Shown: in pieces, positions 18,358 to 26,052 of the stretch
How the letters are laid out: every line of letters starts with the position of its first letter
How positions within the stretch are numbered: position 1 is the first letter of the stretch
Origin: Candidatus Gottesmanbacteria bacterium
GTDB taxonomy: Bacteria; Patescibacteriota; Microgenomatia; UBA10105; UBA927
Length of the DNA: 64,000 nt
Assembly (NCBI GenBank): GCA_963790805.1
Contig: CAWBPL010000002.1
Span: 256,696 to 320,695, forward strand
Direction of reading: 5' to 3'
Program-made: the position numbers and the translations under genes
The notes under the pieces: generated by a model
What the model saw: only the letters and a program-made list of their open reading frames with translations
What the model was told of the DNA's origin: nothing
Database searches by the model: none

Positions 18358-18843
18358 TTATCGAGTAACGGTCACTGCGCCTTTATCAACAGCGTTTAAT
18401 TGATTATGATATCGCCACGTTCCGATTGTTACAAACGTATATTCATACGTCTGACCATTTCCTACGGGAAGTTGCTCATTAAATCCTGATAATACCAATC
18501 GAGAACTATCAAGACTCATTTGCATATTTCGACTGGAATTATTGACGAATGTAACAATTGAACCGGATTTAATAGTTACAGATGCTGGGGCAAATCCATT
18601 ATCCGTATAGATGATAACCGTCCGAGCCTTCACCCCCCCTTTTTCGAGTTGTTCTCCTGTCGTTGAAGTAAACGGTACACTACCCCCTCCTTTATAGCTG
18701 CTTGTAGGCGTCAAGGTAACACCGGGAAATCCTTGACCACCTGTTTTCTGCTGATTACTGACCGGTTGCGCCCGAAAAACAAAAATAACGACAATTGCTA
18801 AGGCAGCCAAAACGAGAAAACCAAAAAATATTTTATTATTCAT
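18358..18843 (-). CDS. membrane-anchored cupredoxin-like protein with degenerate copper site
   Basis: N-terminal TM helix. C-terminal VTIKSGSIVTFVNNS...TWRYHNQLN..KGAVTV resembles a plastocyanin-type fold but has no Cys. SD GGGAGGTG lies 7 nt upstream. Confidence 0.5.
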   Translation of the reverse strand: MNNKIFFGFLVLAALAIVVIFVFRAQPVSNQQKTGGQGFPGVTLTPTSSYKGGGSVPFTSTTGEQLEKGGVKARTVIIYTDNGFAPASVTIKSGSIVTFVNNSSRNMQMSLDSSRLVLSGFNEQLPVGNGQTYEYTFVTIGTWRYHNQLNAVDKGAVTVTR

Positions 18844-18878
18844 ACTATTTCACCTCCCTTCAACAACAAATCAGGCAG

Positions 18879-19349
18879 TCACGTATATCGATCGGCCACT
18901 TTACTTGCTGCATAGCTATCCGGCTTCGTTTTTACCTGATAACCGCTTCCAACAATCATACCGACTATTTCCTGAATCATCTCCCGCGTATCGCCATGAG
19001 TGCCTATATCGACATGTATTTCTATGTCATATTTAGTAATACCGTCATTTTTTAACAGTGATATTACCGTCTCGGCGGTATCAAGTGATATCGTAGCCTC
19101 TTCATACATCCGCTGCCGAAGTACGTAATGCTTTTTATGTACCGTTCTTCGCCAAAAATAAATTCCGCCCGTACCGAGACAGTGAACAACAATTGCGGTA
19201 ACAAAATCAACGCCTGACCCGTTATGGGGCTGTGAATCCGTACCGACAACAATCTGATATTTCTTCCCCGGTTCTTTTGCAAGAAACGTAAGTATTTTTT
19301 CTCGAACCTGCCCAAGCGCAAGTTCTCCATACGTCGGACTTTGAAACAT
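18879..19349 (-). CDS. YkuK/DUF458 family RNase H-like protein
   Basis: MFQSPTYGEL...QIVVGTDSQ N-terminal signature of the YkuK family (from memory). Confidence 0.6.
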   Translation of the reverse strand: MFQSPTYGELALGQVREKILTFLAKEPGKKYQIVVGTDSQPHNGSGVDFVTAIVVHCLGTGGIYFWRRTVHKKHYVLRQRMYEEATISLDTAETVISLLKNDGITKYDIEIHVDIGTHGDTREMIQEIVGMIVGSGYQVKTKPDSYAASKVADRYT

Positions 19350-19394
19350 ACGAGTGGTATGGTATCAAAGCTCGCCGATTGTCGCAACTGAATC

Positions 19395-19426
19395 ACAAAA
19401 ACCCCGGCTTAAGCCGGGGTTTTATT
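19395..19426 (-). terminator. rho-independent terminator after the RRM protein gene (bidirectional shape)
   Basis: Stem CCCCGGC (19402-19408) / GCCGGGG (19413-19419), TTAA loop. Flanked by an A-run on one side and a T-run on the other. Confidence 0.85.
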
Positions 19427-19449
19427 TGCAAAGTTAAAAAGTAACGTTG

Positions 19450-19716
19450 TTACTTTTGTGGTCGCTCTTCTCGCGGCCGTGCTTCATTGACGACCAATGG
19501 GCGTCCATCAATATCTTTACCATTGAACATCTCGATCGCTTTCTTCGCTTCTTCATCAGACGACATTTCGACGAAGCCAAAACCTCGTGATCGTCCGGAA
19601 TATTTATCCGCAATCACCTTCGCAGAAACGACGGTACCTGCTTGCGCGAATACCTCTTCGAGACGCTTGCTATCCATTGTATACGGGAGATTCCCGACAA
19701 ATAGATTAGTTGCCAT
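19450..19716 (-). CDS. RRM-type RNA-binding protein
   Basis: RNP2 NLFVGNL and RNP1 RGFGFVEM. SD AAAGGAG lies 7 nt upstream. Confidence 0.9.
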   Translation of the reverse strand: MATNLFVGNLPYTMDSKRLEEVFAQAGTVVSAKVIADKYSGRSRGFGFVEMSSDEEAKKAIEMFNGKDIDGRPLVVNEARPREERPQK

Positions 19717-19829
19717 ATAAAACTCCTTTCTCCCTTAGGACTTAAAGGGGACGCCTAAAGAGAAAGTCAGAAGAGGAACTTCTTTATCTCGAAGGACGAA
19801 CACCACACTTTTTTCCTAGGTCAATGATA

Positions 19830-19858
19830 AGTATACCATAAGTGAATAATTGGAGCAA
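19830..19858 (-). promoter_or_regulatory. sigma70-type promoter (extended -10) for the RRM protein gene, ~105-nt leader
   Basis: Minus strand: TTGCTC (19858-19853), 17-nt spacer, TGgTATACT (19838-19830). Confidence 0.55.
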
Positions 19859-19922
19859 TGGAATCACACAATTAATCGGTTACCTTAACAATAATTTACG
19901 AATAGATACTCTTTACCATTCA

Positions 19923-19968
19923 CCAAAAACCCAGCCCCTCGCGAAGGGCTGGGTTTGTTATTTTTTTA
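19923..19968 (-). terminator. rho-independent terminator after the major pilin gene (bidirectional shape)
   Basis: 8-bp stem CCCAGCCC (19930-19937) / GGGCTGGG (19946-19953). A5 lies on the left and TTTGTTATTTTTTT on the right. Confidence 0.85.
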
Positions 19969-19978
19969 CTATCTTTTG

Positions 19979-20437
19979 TTACCGAGTGACCGAAATGACC
20001 GCATTCAATTCTGCTGCCGGAGCAGTTACGGTAAGTCGATTATCCGCTGCGCTTCGAACGATCGTATAGTTCGTGTTATACGCTGCGGCACAGTTTGTGA
20101 CCGGAGTTCCGTTGTTCGTCAATGGATCTACCGGAAGTGCTGCAAGATATTGCGTCACCAATGACGCACAGATATCAGCGCCAGTGTTACTTACTGTTTG
20201 CGCTGCAGTCGTAATACCGGTAGGCAACGTTCCTTTATTGTCGGCTGCATACTGACCGACGGCGTTCAATATGGCGTTTACGTCACTTGATCGCTTTGTA
20301 TTGTTTGCCTGCGAGAATTGTCTTGCAGGATTTATGGCGATCAATGTAATTGCCAACAGTACCGCCAAGATACCGATGACAACCAATAACTCGATGAGCG
20401 TAAAACCACGACGCTCGGCGGGCAGATAGTGTTTCAT
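19979..20437 (-). CDS. pilA: type IV major pilin
   Basis: Class III signal MKHYLPAERRG|FTLIELLVVIGILAVLLAI with Glu at +5. C-terminal Cys pair. Has its own promoter and a strong terminator. Confidence 0.85.
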   Translation of the reverse strand: MKHYLPAERRGFTLIELLVVIGILAVLLAITLIAINPARQFSQANNTKRSSDVNAILNAVGQYAADNKGTLPTGITTAAQTVSNTGADICASLVTQYLAALPVDPLTNNGTPVTNCAAAYNTNYTIVRSAADNRLTVTAPAAELNAVISVTR

Positions 20438-20445
20438 ATACTTTA

Positions 20446-20475
20446 ACCGTATCGTAAGAGTGAGATGGTTGTCAA
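20446..20475 (-). promoter_or_regulatory. sigma70-type promoter, leaderless, for the major pilin
   Basis: Minus strand: TTGACA (20475-20470), 18-nt spacer, TACGGT (20451-20446), 8 nt, ATG (20437). The -10 box is weak. Confidence 0.45.
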
Positions 20476-20518
20476 GTAGGGTACATTAAAAATCTGGTTA
20501 TTGTTTCTTTTGAAAGAA

Positions 20519-21217
20519 TTATCGGAGGTGAGTAAGGACAAGTATAACTAATACAACAATTAAAACCCCAAAAACTCCTAATAACATGGGTAGTGACGAC
20601 TTTTTTGATGAAGAAGGAACTTCGGGTTGCGCCTGCAGTGCTGTTGAACCAAGCTCTTGAGGATCAAAAAGACTTTGCTTTGATATAGCATCAATATTTT
20701 TCATGATATATGCAGCAAGTGCATTATCTAAGACGTGTCTCGCGCTCATCGTTCCGAGCGCGAAAGCGGGTATAAAAGCTTTCGTCGGAAGACCTTGAAG
20801 CAAAAAACCCTGATGCAATGCTTCACACAATTCTTTATTTACGGCAACCGCCCGTTTGCCCTTTTCCCCCTGATATACCTTCGTCCAGATAGAATCATAA
20901 GGCGCGGCATCAAAAAATGTTAATATCTCACTTTCGGTCTTATCGTTATCTACAGTCTGAAACAGCTTCTCAAAATATGAAAATTCTGAAAACACCACAA
21001 CCACCTGAGAACCCGTAAGCGCATATTGTTTAACGCACTGCTTAATAAGCGTATAGAAATCATCCTTACGAAGCACATCCAAGTCATGAAGTATGCTTTG
21101 GGGAATCTCCATGGTTACAATGCTCGGTAGATTTCCTCCCCATAACTGAAACGTATTCCTGTTGATAAAAAGAATAATAATAGACTTTTGATTAAACATA
21201 GTTATAATTCCTGCCAT
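20519..21217 (-). CDS. tail-anchored protein of the pilus operon, unknown function
   Basis: 232 aa: a soluble domain of about 200 aa, then PSSSKKSS and one C-terminal TM helix (LPMLLGVFGVLIVVLVILVL). No motif recognised. Overlaps the upstream gene by 16 nt (alternative ATG at 21199). Confidence 0.55.
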   Translation of the reverse strand: MAGIITMFNQKSIIILFINRNTFQLWGGNLPSIVTMEIPQSILHDLDVLRKDDFYTLIKQCVKQYALTGSQVVVVFSEFSYFEKLFQTVDNDKTESEILTFFDAAPYDSIWTKVYQGEKGKRAVAVNKELCEALHQGFLLQGLPTKAFIPAFALGTMSARHVLDNALAAYIMKNIDAISKQSLFDPQELGSTALQAQPEVPSSSKKSSLPMLLGVFGVLIVVLVILVLTHLR

Positions 21218-21600
21218 GACGTAACTGTCATGATGCCGTTAGTAATAGCAATGGTCGCTTGAACGACTTTTGATACCCCATTGATAGTGCCAGTTGACGT
21301 TATTGTTTTAGTACTTGATCCGCTTACTGTTACTGTGGCACTCCCGCTTGCTATAGTCAAGGTTTCTCCAGTATAATTTGTGTCCCGCAATAACCGCAAC
21401 TGGGCATTTTCCGCCCCCGCTTCAGCTATTTCCAGCGCGTGTGCACTTTGCTCTTCGCGCGTGACAGAAAGCGAATTTGATACGATAACGGCTACGGCGG
21501 TCGTTGTTAACGTTATCGCTATAATCATGTAAAACAAAAGGACAACCAAGGCCTGTCCGGACATTTGCTTGATATACAATACCGTTGTCTTCCTTTTCAT
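21202..21600 (-). CDS. PilX-N-like pseudopilin (no Glu+5)
   Basis: MSGQALVVLLFYMIIAITLTTTAVAVIV resembles the PilX_N / ComGG-type hydrophobic N-terminus. Confidence 0.6.
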   Translation of the reverse strand: MKRKTTVLYIKQMSGQALVVLLFYMIIAITLTTTAVAVIVSNSLSVTREEQSAHALEIAEAGAENAQLRLLRDTNYTGETLTIASGSATVTVSGSSTKTITSTGTINGVSKVVQATIAITNGIMTVTSWQEL

Positions 21601-21609
21601 AAAATTCTC

Positions 21610-22098
21610 CTATCGCAAACCAAGGGTAGTCTGATAATCACGGCTTTGCGGACCCGACGGCCGTTGCGTTGTACTTGTTAACGTAAACGCAATGCTTATG
21701 CTGTTTTTACCGTTAACATTTCCATATCGGCGAAACGTCAGATTCGATACGGTCGTACCATAACTATTGAGCGACCCGCTCCCTATTGCGTCTGTTAAGA
21801 CTAAATTTCCAGTTGTCAGTGCGTACGTATAGTTTGATCCGCCGATGGTGAGAATGAGCGTGTCAGTCTGGTCTCCAAGACCAGCCGGCAATACGATTGC
21901 AGAGGCTCTATTCATGTCATACCCCAAACGGGATAATATATAATTTCCATCCTGAATAACGGCGCTTTCCGTTTCAGATTCAAGCTGCATATCAATAACT
22001 GCTGTAAATATATTCGTAAGAACATACAGAAATATTGTGAGAATTCCCGCGTAGACAAGAAGTTCTACAATAGTAAATCCTGCCGCCCGTTTTTTCAT
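21610..22098 (-). CDS. minor pilin (prepilin-type N-terminal cleavage/methylation domain)
   Basis: MKKRAAG|FTIVELLVYAGILTIFL. ATGA overlap with the upstream giant pilin gene (22095-22098). Confidence 0.8.
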   Translation of the reverse strand: MKKRAAGFTIVELLVYAGILTIFLYVLTNIFTAVIDMQLESETESAVIQDGNYILSRLGYDMNRASAIVLPAGLGDQTDTLILTIGGSNYTYALTTGNLVLTDAIGSGSLNSYGTTVSNLTFRRYGNVNGKNSISIAFTLTSTTQRPSGPQSRDYQTTLGLR

Positions 22099-24536
22099 AA
22101 GGTAAAATTAAACGAAATATCGTAAAGCGTCGGCGTTACGTTGTAATTCGACGTTGATAAATAGGCACGATATTTTAAGCACTGTCCCGGATTTTCAAAT
22201 CCAACACTGTCGTTATTCAAAGGAATCGCACTGGATGTCGCAAATTTGGTATTTGACGTTCCGTCTGGACCCACAAAAACGTAGTTTGCGTTTGTACAAC
22301 TCCCGCTTACCGGATCAGCAATCGCGATTTGATATTGGATGCTTGTTCCAGCTGGAATATTCGCATCCGCATTAAACCGGTTAAATGTCGCCGGAGCACT
22401 CATATTTATAGCAGCAGATTCGTAGGTTCCGCTATCAAGATAATTACCATCAGGACCCCCTTGTACGATCTTTAATTCATTAACCGTTGTATTGGCAATG
22501 AGATAAACATATTTGTCGCCGTCTGCTTCAACAACCGATGTCATGTCGTTAAATCCAGAGTTAAAATCCAGACCGCCGCAATATGTAGGTGATGATTGAT
22601 TACTAATATCGAGTACCTGATACTCATACGCGTCTTGGTTGTCATTTACCCCGTCGACACCGGCAAGAAGCGCGCGCGAATCTCCGAATACGGTTATCGA
22701 CCGGCGCGGATATAATTGTACGTTGGCTCCGGTTCCTAAATAATAGCCACTCTGGGCTCCTGTTGAAGGCGTACCCGATAAAAATTTCGGATTACTCTTG
22801 TCCGATGTATCAATAACGTAAAATTGATCGCTATCCGGTTTTCCATCGTGATTGGCGTCCACCGTACCATTGGAAGACATAAACGCACGCGTCCCATCTG
22901 AACTTCCAAATACCGAATTCGCGCTTTCCTCTGTGCCGGACATTGAATTGAAATCAAGGCTGCTGATGCGCTTCCAGCTCGTATTCCCGTTAGCAACCGT
23001 TCCGCATTTACTATCTGATATTTTCGGATTGGTACTCGCGGTTGGAATACTGGTCACATTTACGATATCCAGTTCAGGGTCAACTCCGGCACCGACCGCA
23101 ACATATACATATGTATTACCATTCACCTGTACCGGATAAATATCGTTATCGGCGTATATTTCTACATTACCGCCGTCCAGACAACCTGTTTGTCCTGCCT
23201 GTTCTGACCCAAAATTTGTACCGGTATTACCGGCAGCGTATTTTCGGATCTTGCTCGTTGAAACATTGCAATCATACCCATCAAGTTCTATGCGGCATCC
23301 GATCATATCCAGCCCGTTACTTGCGGATTTGCTGTCAATATTACTCAAATCAAAAGTATAGAGAAACCCGCCAGATACCACATACCCCGTATTCTGATAG
23401 ACAGCGAGCGACGAAGCCCCCGCACCATACGGTGCCTGATCCTGCGTTCCCGTACCCTGATATATTCGGGTATTAAAAAATGTCCAATATTTATAAATGT
23501 GATTGACGTGATCCTGAAATTCGCCGTTATTCGTGTTGTCGTTACTTGGATCTCCGTCATCCACCAATATGGCAATAACTTCTTTATCCGGTTTTGTGGT
23601 CGCAAGAAGCGCATAGGTTTTTCCTGACGAAGATTTGTAATATTTTACCTGATTGGTGGTAAACGAATTATCAAGACCGATATTGGTCGGAACCAGCGAT
23701 ATGTTACTGTACTTTGTGGGGTCGAGCGTAAATGTTCCTTGAAGCGTCGGCACCGGTGTATCGGTGTTTGCCGTAACGGTTAAATACGCAAGTTTTGTCG
23801 AAGTACTCGTGGTTGCCGAATCAGCAACAAAGACCTTATTGGGATTAGCAGTATTTGTAGGATCGGCATATGCGGCAACGGAAACCGGCGGCCCGTCAGG
23901 AAGCGTTATAGTCGCGCTTGAAAAAGAAGGGCTGCACCATTTTCCTTTCGTATTTGGAGAAAGCGATACTTCCCCGCCGGAATTATTCGTCACCTGTGTA
24001 CCGGTTGTTGTACCGACAACAAAATCAGCGTACGTCGTCTGGGTATAAATCTGATTATCGGTACGCGTAATGTAATAGACGGAGCTGATGCTTGAAGGAT
24101 ACGGGGTTAACCATGAAACGGTTATGGTTATCATTTTGGTTGAAGGATCCAAGGCTCCGCCAGCAGTCGCAATATTGCCGTAAACATCCCGATACACATC
24201 GCTGACGGTAATATTTTGCGTAAACCCATTAATCGTGGCCGAGCCGGTTGCTAGTGCCCACGTATTTCCGCTTAACACTGGATAATACGTACCGTCTGTC
24301 GAGACATATCCCCATCCCTTTTCCCTGATAATACGAAGTTCGTCATATGCTTCCTTTGTCAGCGTCGTTGCGTCAATACGTTCCTGTTGCTGCGCTTTAC
24401 CTCCCCGTGAAGCGACAAGGCCAACAAGAAGAGCAGGCAGCATAATGGCGCTTAAGGCCATTGCAAGAACCAGCTCAACGAGTAATTGGCCTCCAGAATT
24501 ATGCCGACGCTTAGTTAATAGACGTGATGGTGCCAT
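22095..24536 (-). CDS. giant pilin-like protein (813 aa) with putative LVIVD-like beta-propeller
   Basis: N-terminus HNSGG|QLLVELVLAMALSAIML (Glu at +5). The body contains recurring ...Y.(V/L)D(I/T)S(N/D)..(S/N)P... units: FYVIDTSDKSNPKF, YQVLDISNQSSPTY, LDIVNVTSIPTAS, LYTFDLSNIDSKS. Confidence 0.75.
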   Translation of the reverse strand: MAPSRLLTKRRHNSGGQLLVELVLAMALSAIMLPALLVGLVASRGGKAQQQERIDATTLTKEAYDELRIIREKGWGYVSTDGTYYPVLSGNTWALATGSATINGFTQNITVSDVYRDVYGNIATAGGALDPSTKMITITVSWLTPYPSSISSVYYITRTDNQIYTQTTYADFVVGTTTGTQVTNNSGGEVSLSPNTKGKWCSPSFSSATITLPDGPPVSVAAYADPTNTANPNKVFVADSATTSTSTKLAYLTVTANTDTPVPTLQGTFTLDPTKYSNISLVPTNIGLDNSFTTNQVKYYKSSSGKTYALLATTKPDKEVIAILVDDGDPSNDNTNNGEFQDHVNHIYKYWTFFNTRIYQGTGTQDQAPYGAGASSLAVYQNTGYVVSGGFLYTFDLSNIDSKSASNGLDMIGCRIELDGYDCNVSTSKIRKYAAGNTGTNFGSEQAGQTGCLDGGNVEIYADNDIYPVQVNGNTYVYVAVGAGVDPELDIVNVTSIPTASTNPKISDSKCGTVANGNTSWKRISSLDFNSMSGTEESANSVFGSSDGTRAFMSSNGTVDANHDGKPDSDQFYVIDTSDKSNPKFLSGTPSTGAQSGYYLGTGANVQLYPRRSITVFGDSRALLAGVDGVNDNQDAYEYQVLDISNQSSPTYCGGLDFNSGFNDMTSVVEADGDKYVYLIANTTVNELKIVQGGPDGNYLDSGTYESAAINMSAPATFNRFNADANIPAGTSIQYQIAIADPVSGSCTNANYVFVGPDGTSNTKFATSSAIPLNNDSVGFENPGQCLKYRAYLSTSNYNVTPTLYDISFNFTL

Positions 24537-24990
24537 ACCGATTGAAATAAACTGTTTTTGTTACGCCGCTATCCGTTTGCTTTGCGGTTACACTATTTGT
24601 TTGCGCGTTAAATCCGACAAACTCCCCGCTTTTTGATGCAAATACCACGCTATTATTTGGTAGAGATATGGTAATGAAACGAACACGCGAATTTACCATG
24701 ACAACTGAATTGGATGTGTCGCCCACATTATATGTTAACCCGCTAAAGAGTACATACCTATCTGATTGAAATTCTACACCGTATCCCGGCTGAATTACCC
24801 CCCCACTTGTTGCTCCTGACATCGCTTTCGTTTGCTGACTTCGTAGATCCGCAACAAGCGTATCAATAGTACCTGTCAACGTCGCTTGTCTATCTGCACC
24901 AAGCGTATTTATCGTTACAATGCCGATAAGCACAGACAACATCGCCATTACGACAATAAGCTCAATTAACACAAATCCGCGCTGATTCAT
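24511..24990 (-). CDS. minor pilin (GspH/FimT-like)
   Basis: MNQRG|FVLIELIVVMAMLSVLIGIV prepilin motif. Confidence 0.8.
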   Translation of the reverse strand: MNQRGFVLIELIVVMAMLSVLIGIVTINTLGADRQATLTGTIDTLVADLRSQQTKAMSGATSGGVIQPGYGVEFQSDRYVLFSGLTYNVGDTSNSVVMVNSRVRFITISLPNNSVVFASKSGEFVGFNAQTNSVTAKQTDSGVTKTVYFNRYGTITSIN

Positions 24991-24999
24991 AACTTTGTT

Positions 25000-26052
25000 T
25001 TATCGGGCACTGACCTGACTGATAAGGCCATAGATCGGCGCAATGATGGCAATCATCATTCCCCCAACACAAATTCCTACAACCACCAGAAGAATTGGTT
25101 CCAGAAGCGCTGTAAGCGTTTTCAACGTATTGGTTACCTGATAATCAAAGTATTCCGATATGTCCTGCATTGATTTGTCCAATGTTCCCGTTTTTTCTCC
25201 AGATTCCATGAGCTTAATCATAATCGTCGGAATATATCCTTTGGCTGCACGGAATCCTTCGGATAATGATTTACCGGCAAAAATCATTTCCCTTGAATTT
25301 GAAATCACTTTCGCCGTCTTTTTCCGAATAACGACATCTTTGGCAAGATCAAGAGCGGCCGTAATAGGGAGGCCGGAAGATAAAAGTAAATGAAGACTTC
25401 GCGAAAACCGCGTTATATCTATTTGCTGAACAAGAGAATCAACCAAAGGAAGAGAATAAAAAAAGTTTAATAATGCTGACTTTTGATTTTTATAGACAAA
25501 ATATAAAACAAAAATAGCCGCTGCCGCCCCGCCAATTACTTCAAGCGGGTGTTGAAGAAGCGAGTCGGACATAAAGATCATTAATTTGGTGGGAAGCGGC
25601 AAATCAACATGAAGCCGAGAAAATACCGTACTCACTTTAGGGATAACAACAATAAGCATCATCAAAAGTACTGCAAAAAATAAACCAATAATAAATATCG
25701 GATAGACAAGGGCAGATTTTACCTTATCGCTGAACTCTATATCCTTCTGGATCGTTTGTTTAAGATCTTTCAGTGCCACATCAAGAGTTCCCGCTTCTTC
25801 TGATGCTTTAATAACGCTAACGGTTACTTTATCAAACACTTGGGGAAACCGAGACAGCGTTACATAAATATGTTTTCCCTGCATGAGGTCTTCAATCATC
25901 ACGTCAAGAATTTTCTTTTGATCTCCTTTTGCATCTTCTCGAAGCGAATTGACAACATCGAGAATCGGAATTCCGGCAGTAAGCATGGTCGCAAGACTGC
26001 CAATGAGTCCAAGTTTCTCACTTCCGCTCAAATTGATTCGCGCTGTGTTCAT
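25000..26052 (-). CDS. pilC: type IV pilus platform protein (GspF/PilC family)
   Basis: Two T2SS-F repeats (SEEAGTLD..., ESGEKTGTLD...) and three TM segments. ATGA overlap with the pilB stop (26049-26052). Confidence 0.9.
   Translation of the reverse strand: MNTARINLSGSEKLGLIGSLATMLTAGIPILDVVNSLREDAKGDQKKILDVMIEDLMQGKHIYVTLSRFPQVFDKVTVSVIKASEEAGTLDVALKDLKQTIQKDIEFSDKVKSALVYPIFIIGLFFAVLLMMLIVVIPKVSTVFSRLHVDLPLPTKLMIFMSDSLLQHPLEVIGGAAAAIFVLYFVYKNQKSALLNFFYSLPLVDSLVQQIDITRFSRSLHLLLSSGLPITAALDLAKDVVIRKKTAKVISNSREMIFAGKSLSEGFRAAKGYIPTIMIKLMESGEKTGTLDKSMQDISEYFDYQVTNTLKTLTALLEPILLVVVGICVGGMMIAIIAPIYGLISQVSAR

Noticed and set aside
22095-24536. Possibility that the giant pilin is a diversity-generating-retroelement target or is phase-variable.
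   Set aside because: The window has no reverse transcriptase. I could see no template/variable repeat pair and no long homopolymer or simple-sequence tract in the 5' region. A proper self-alignment was not possible by eye.
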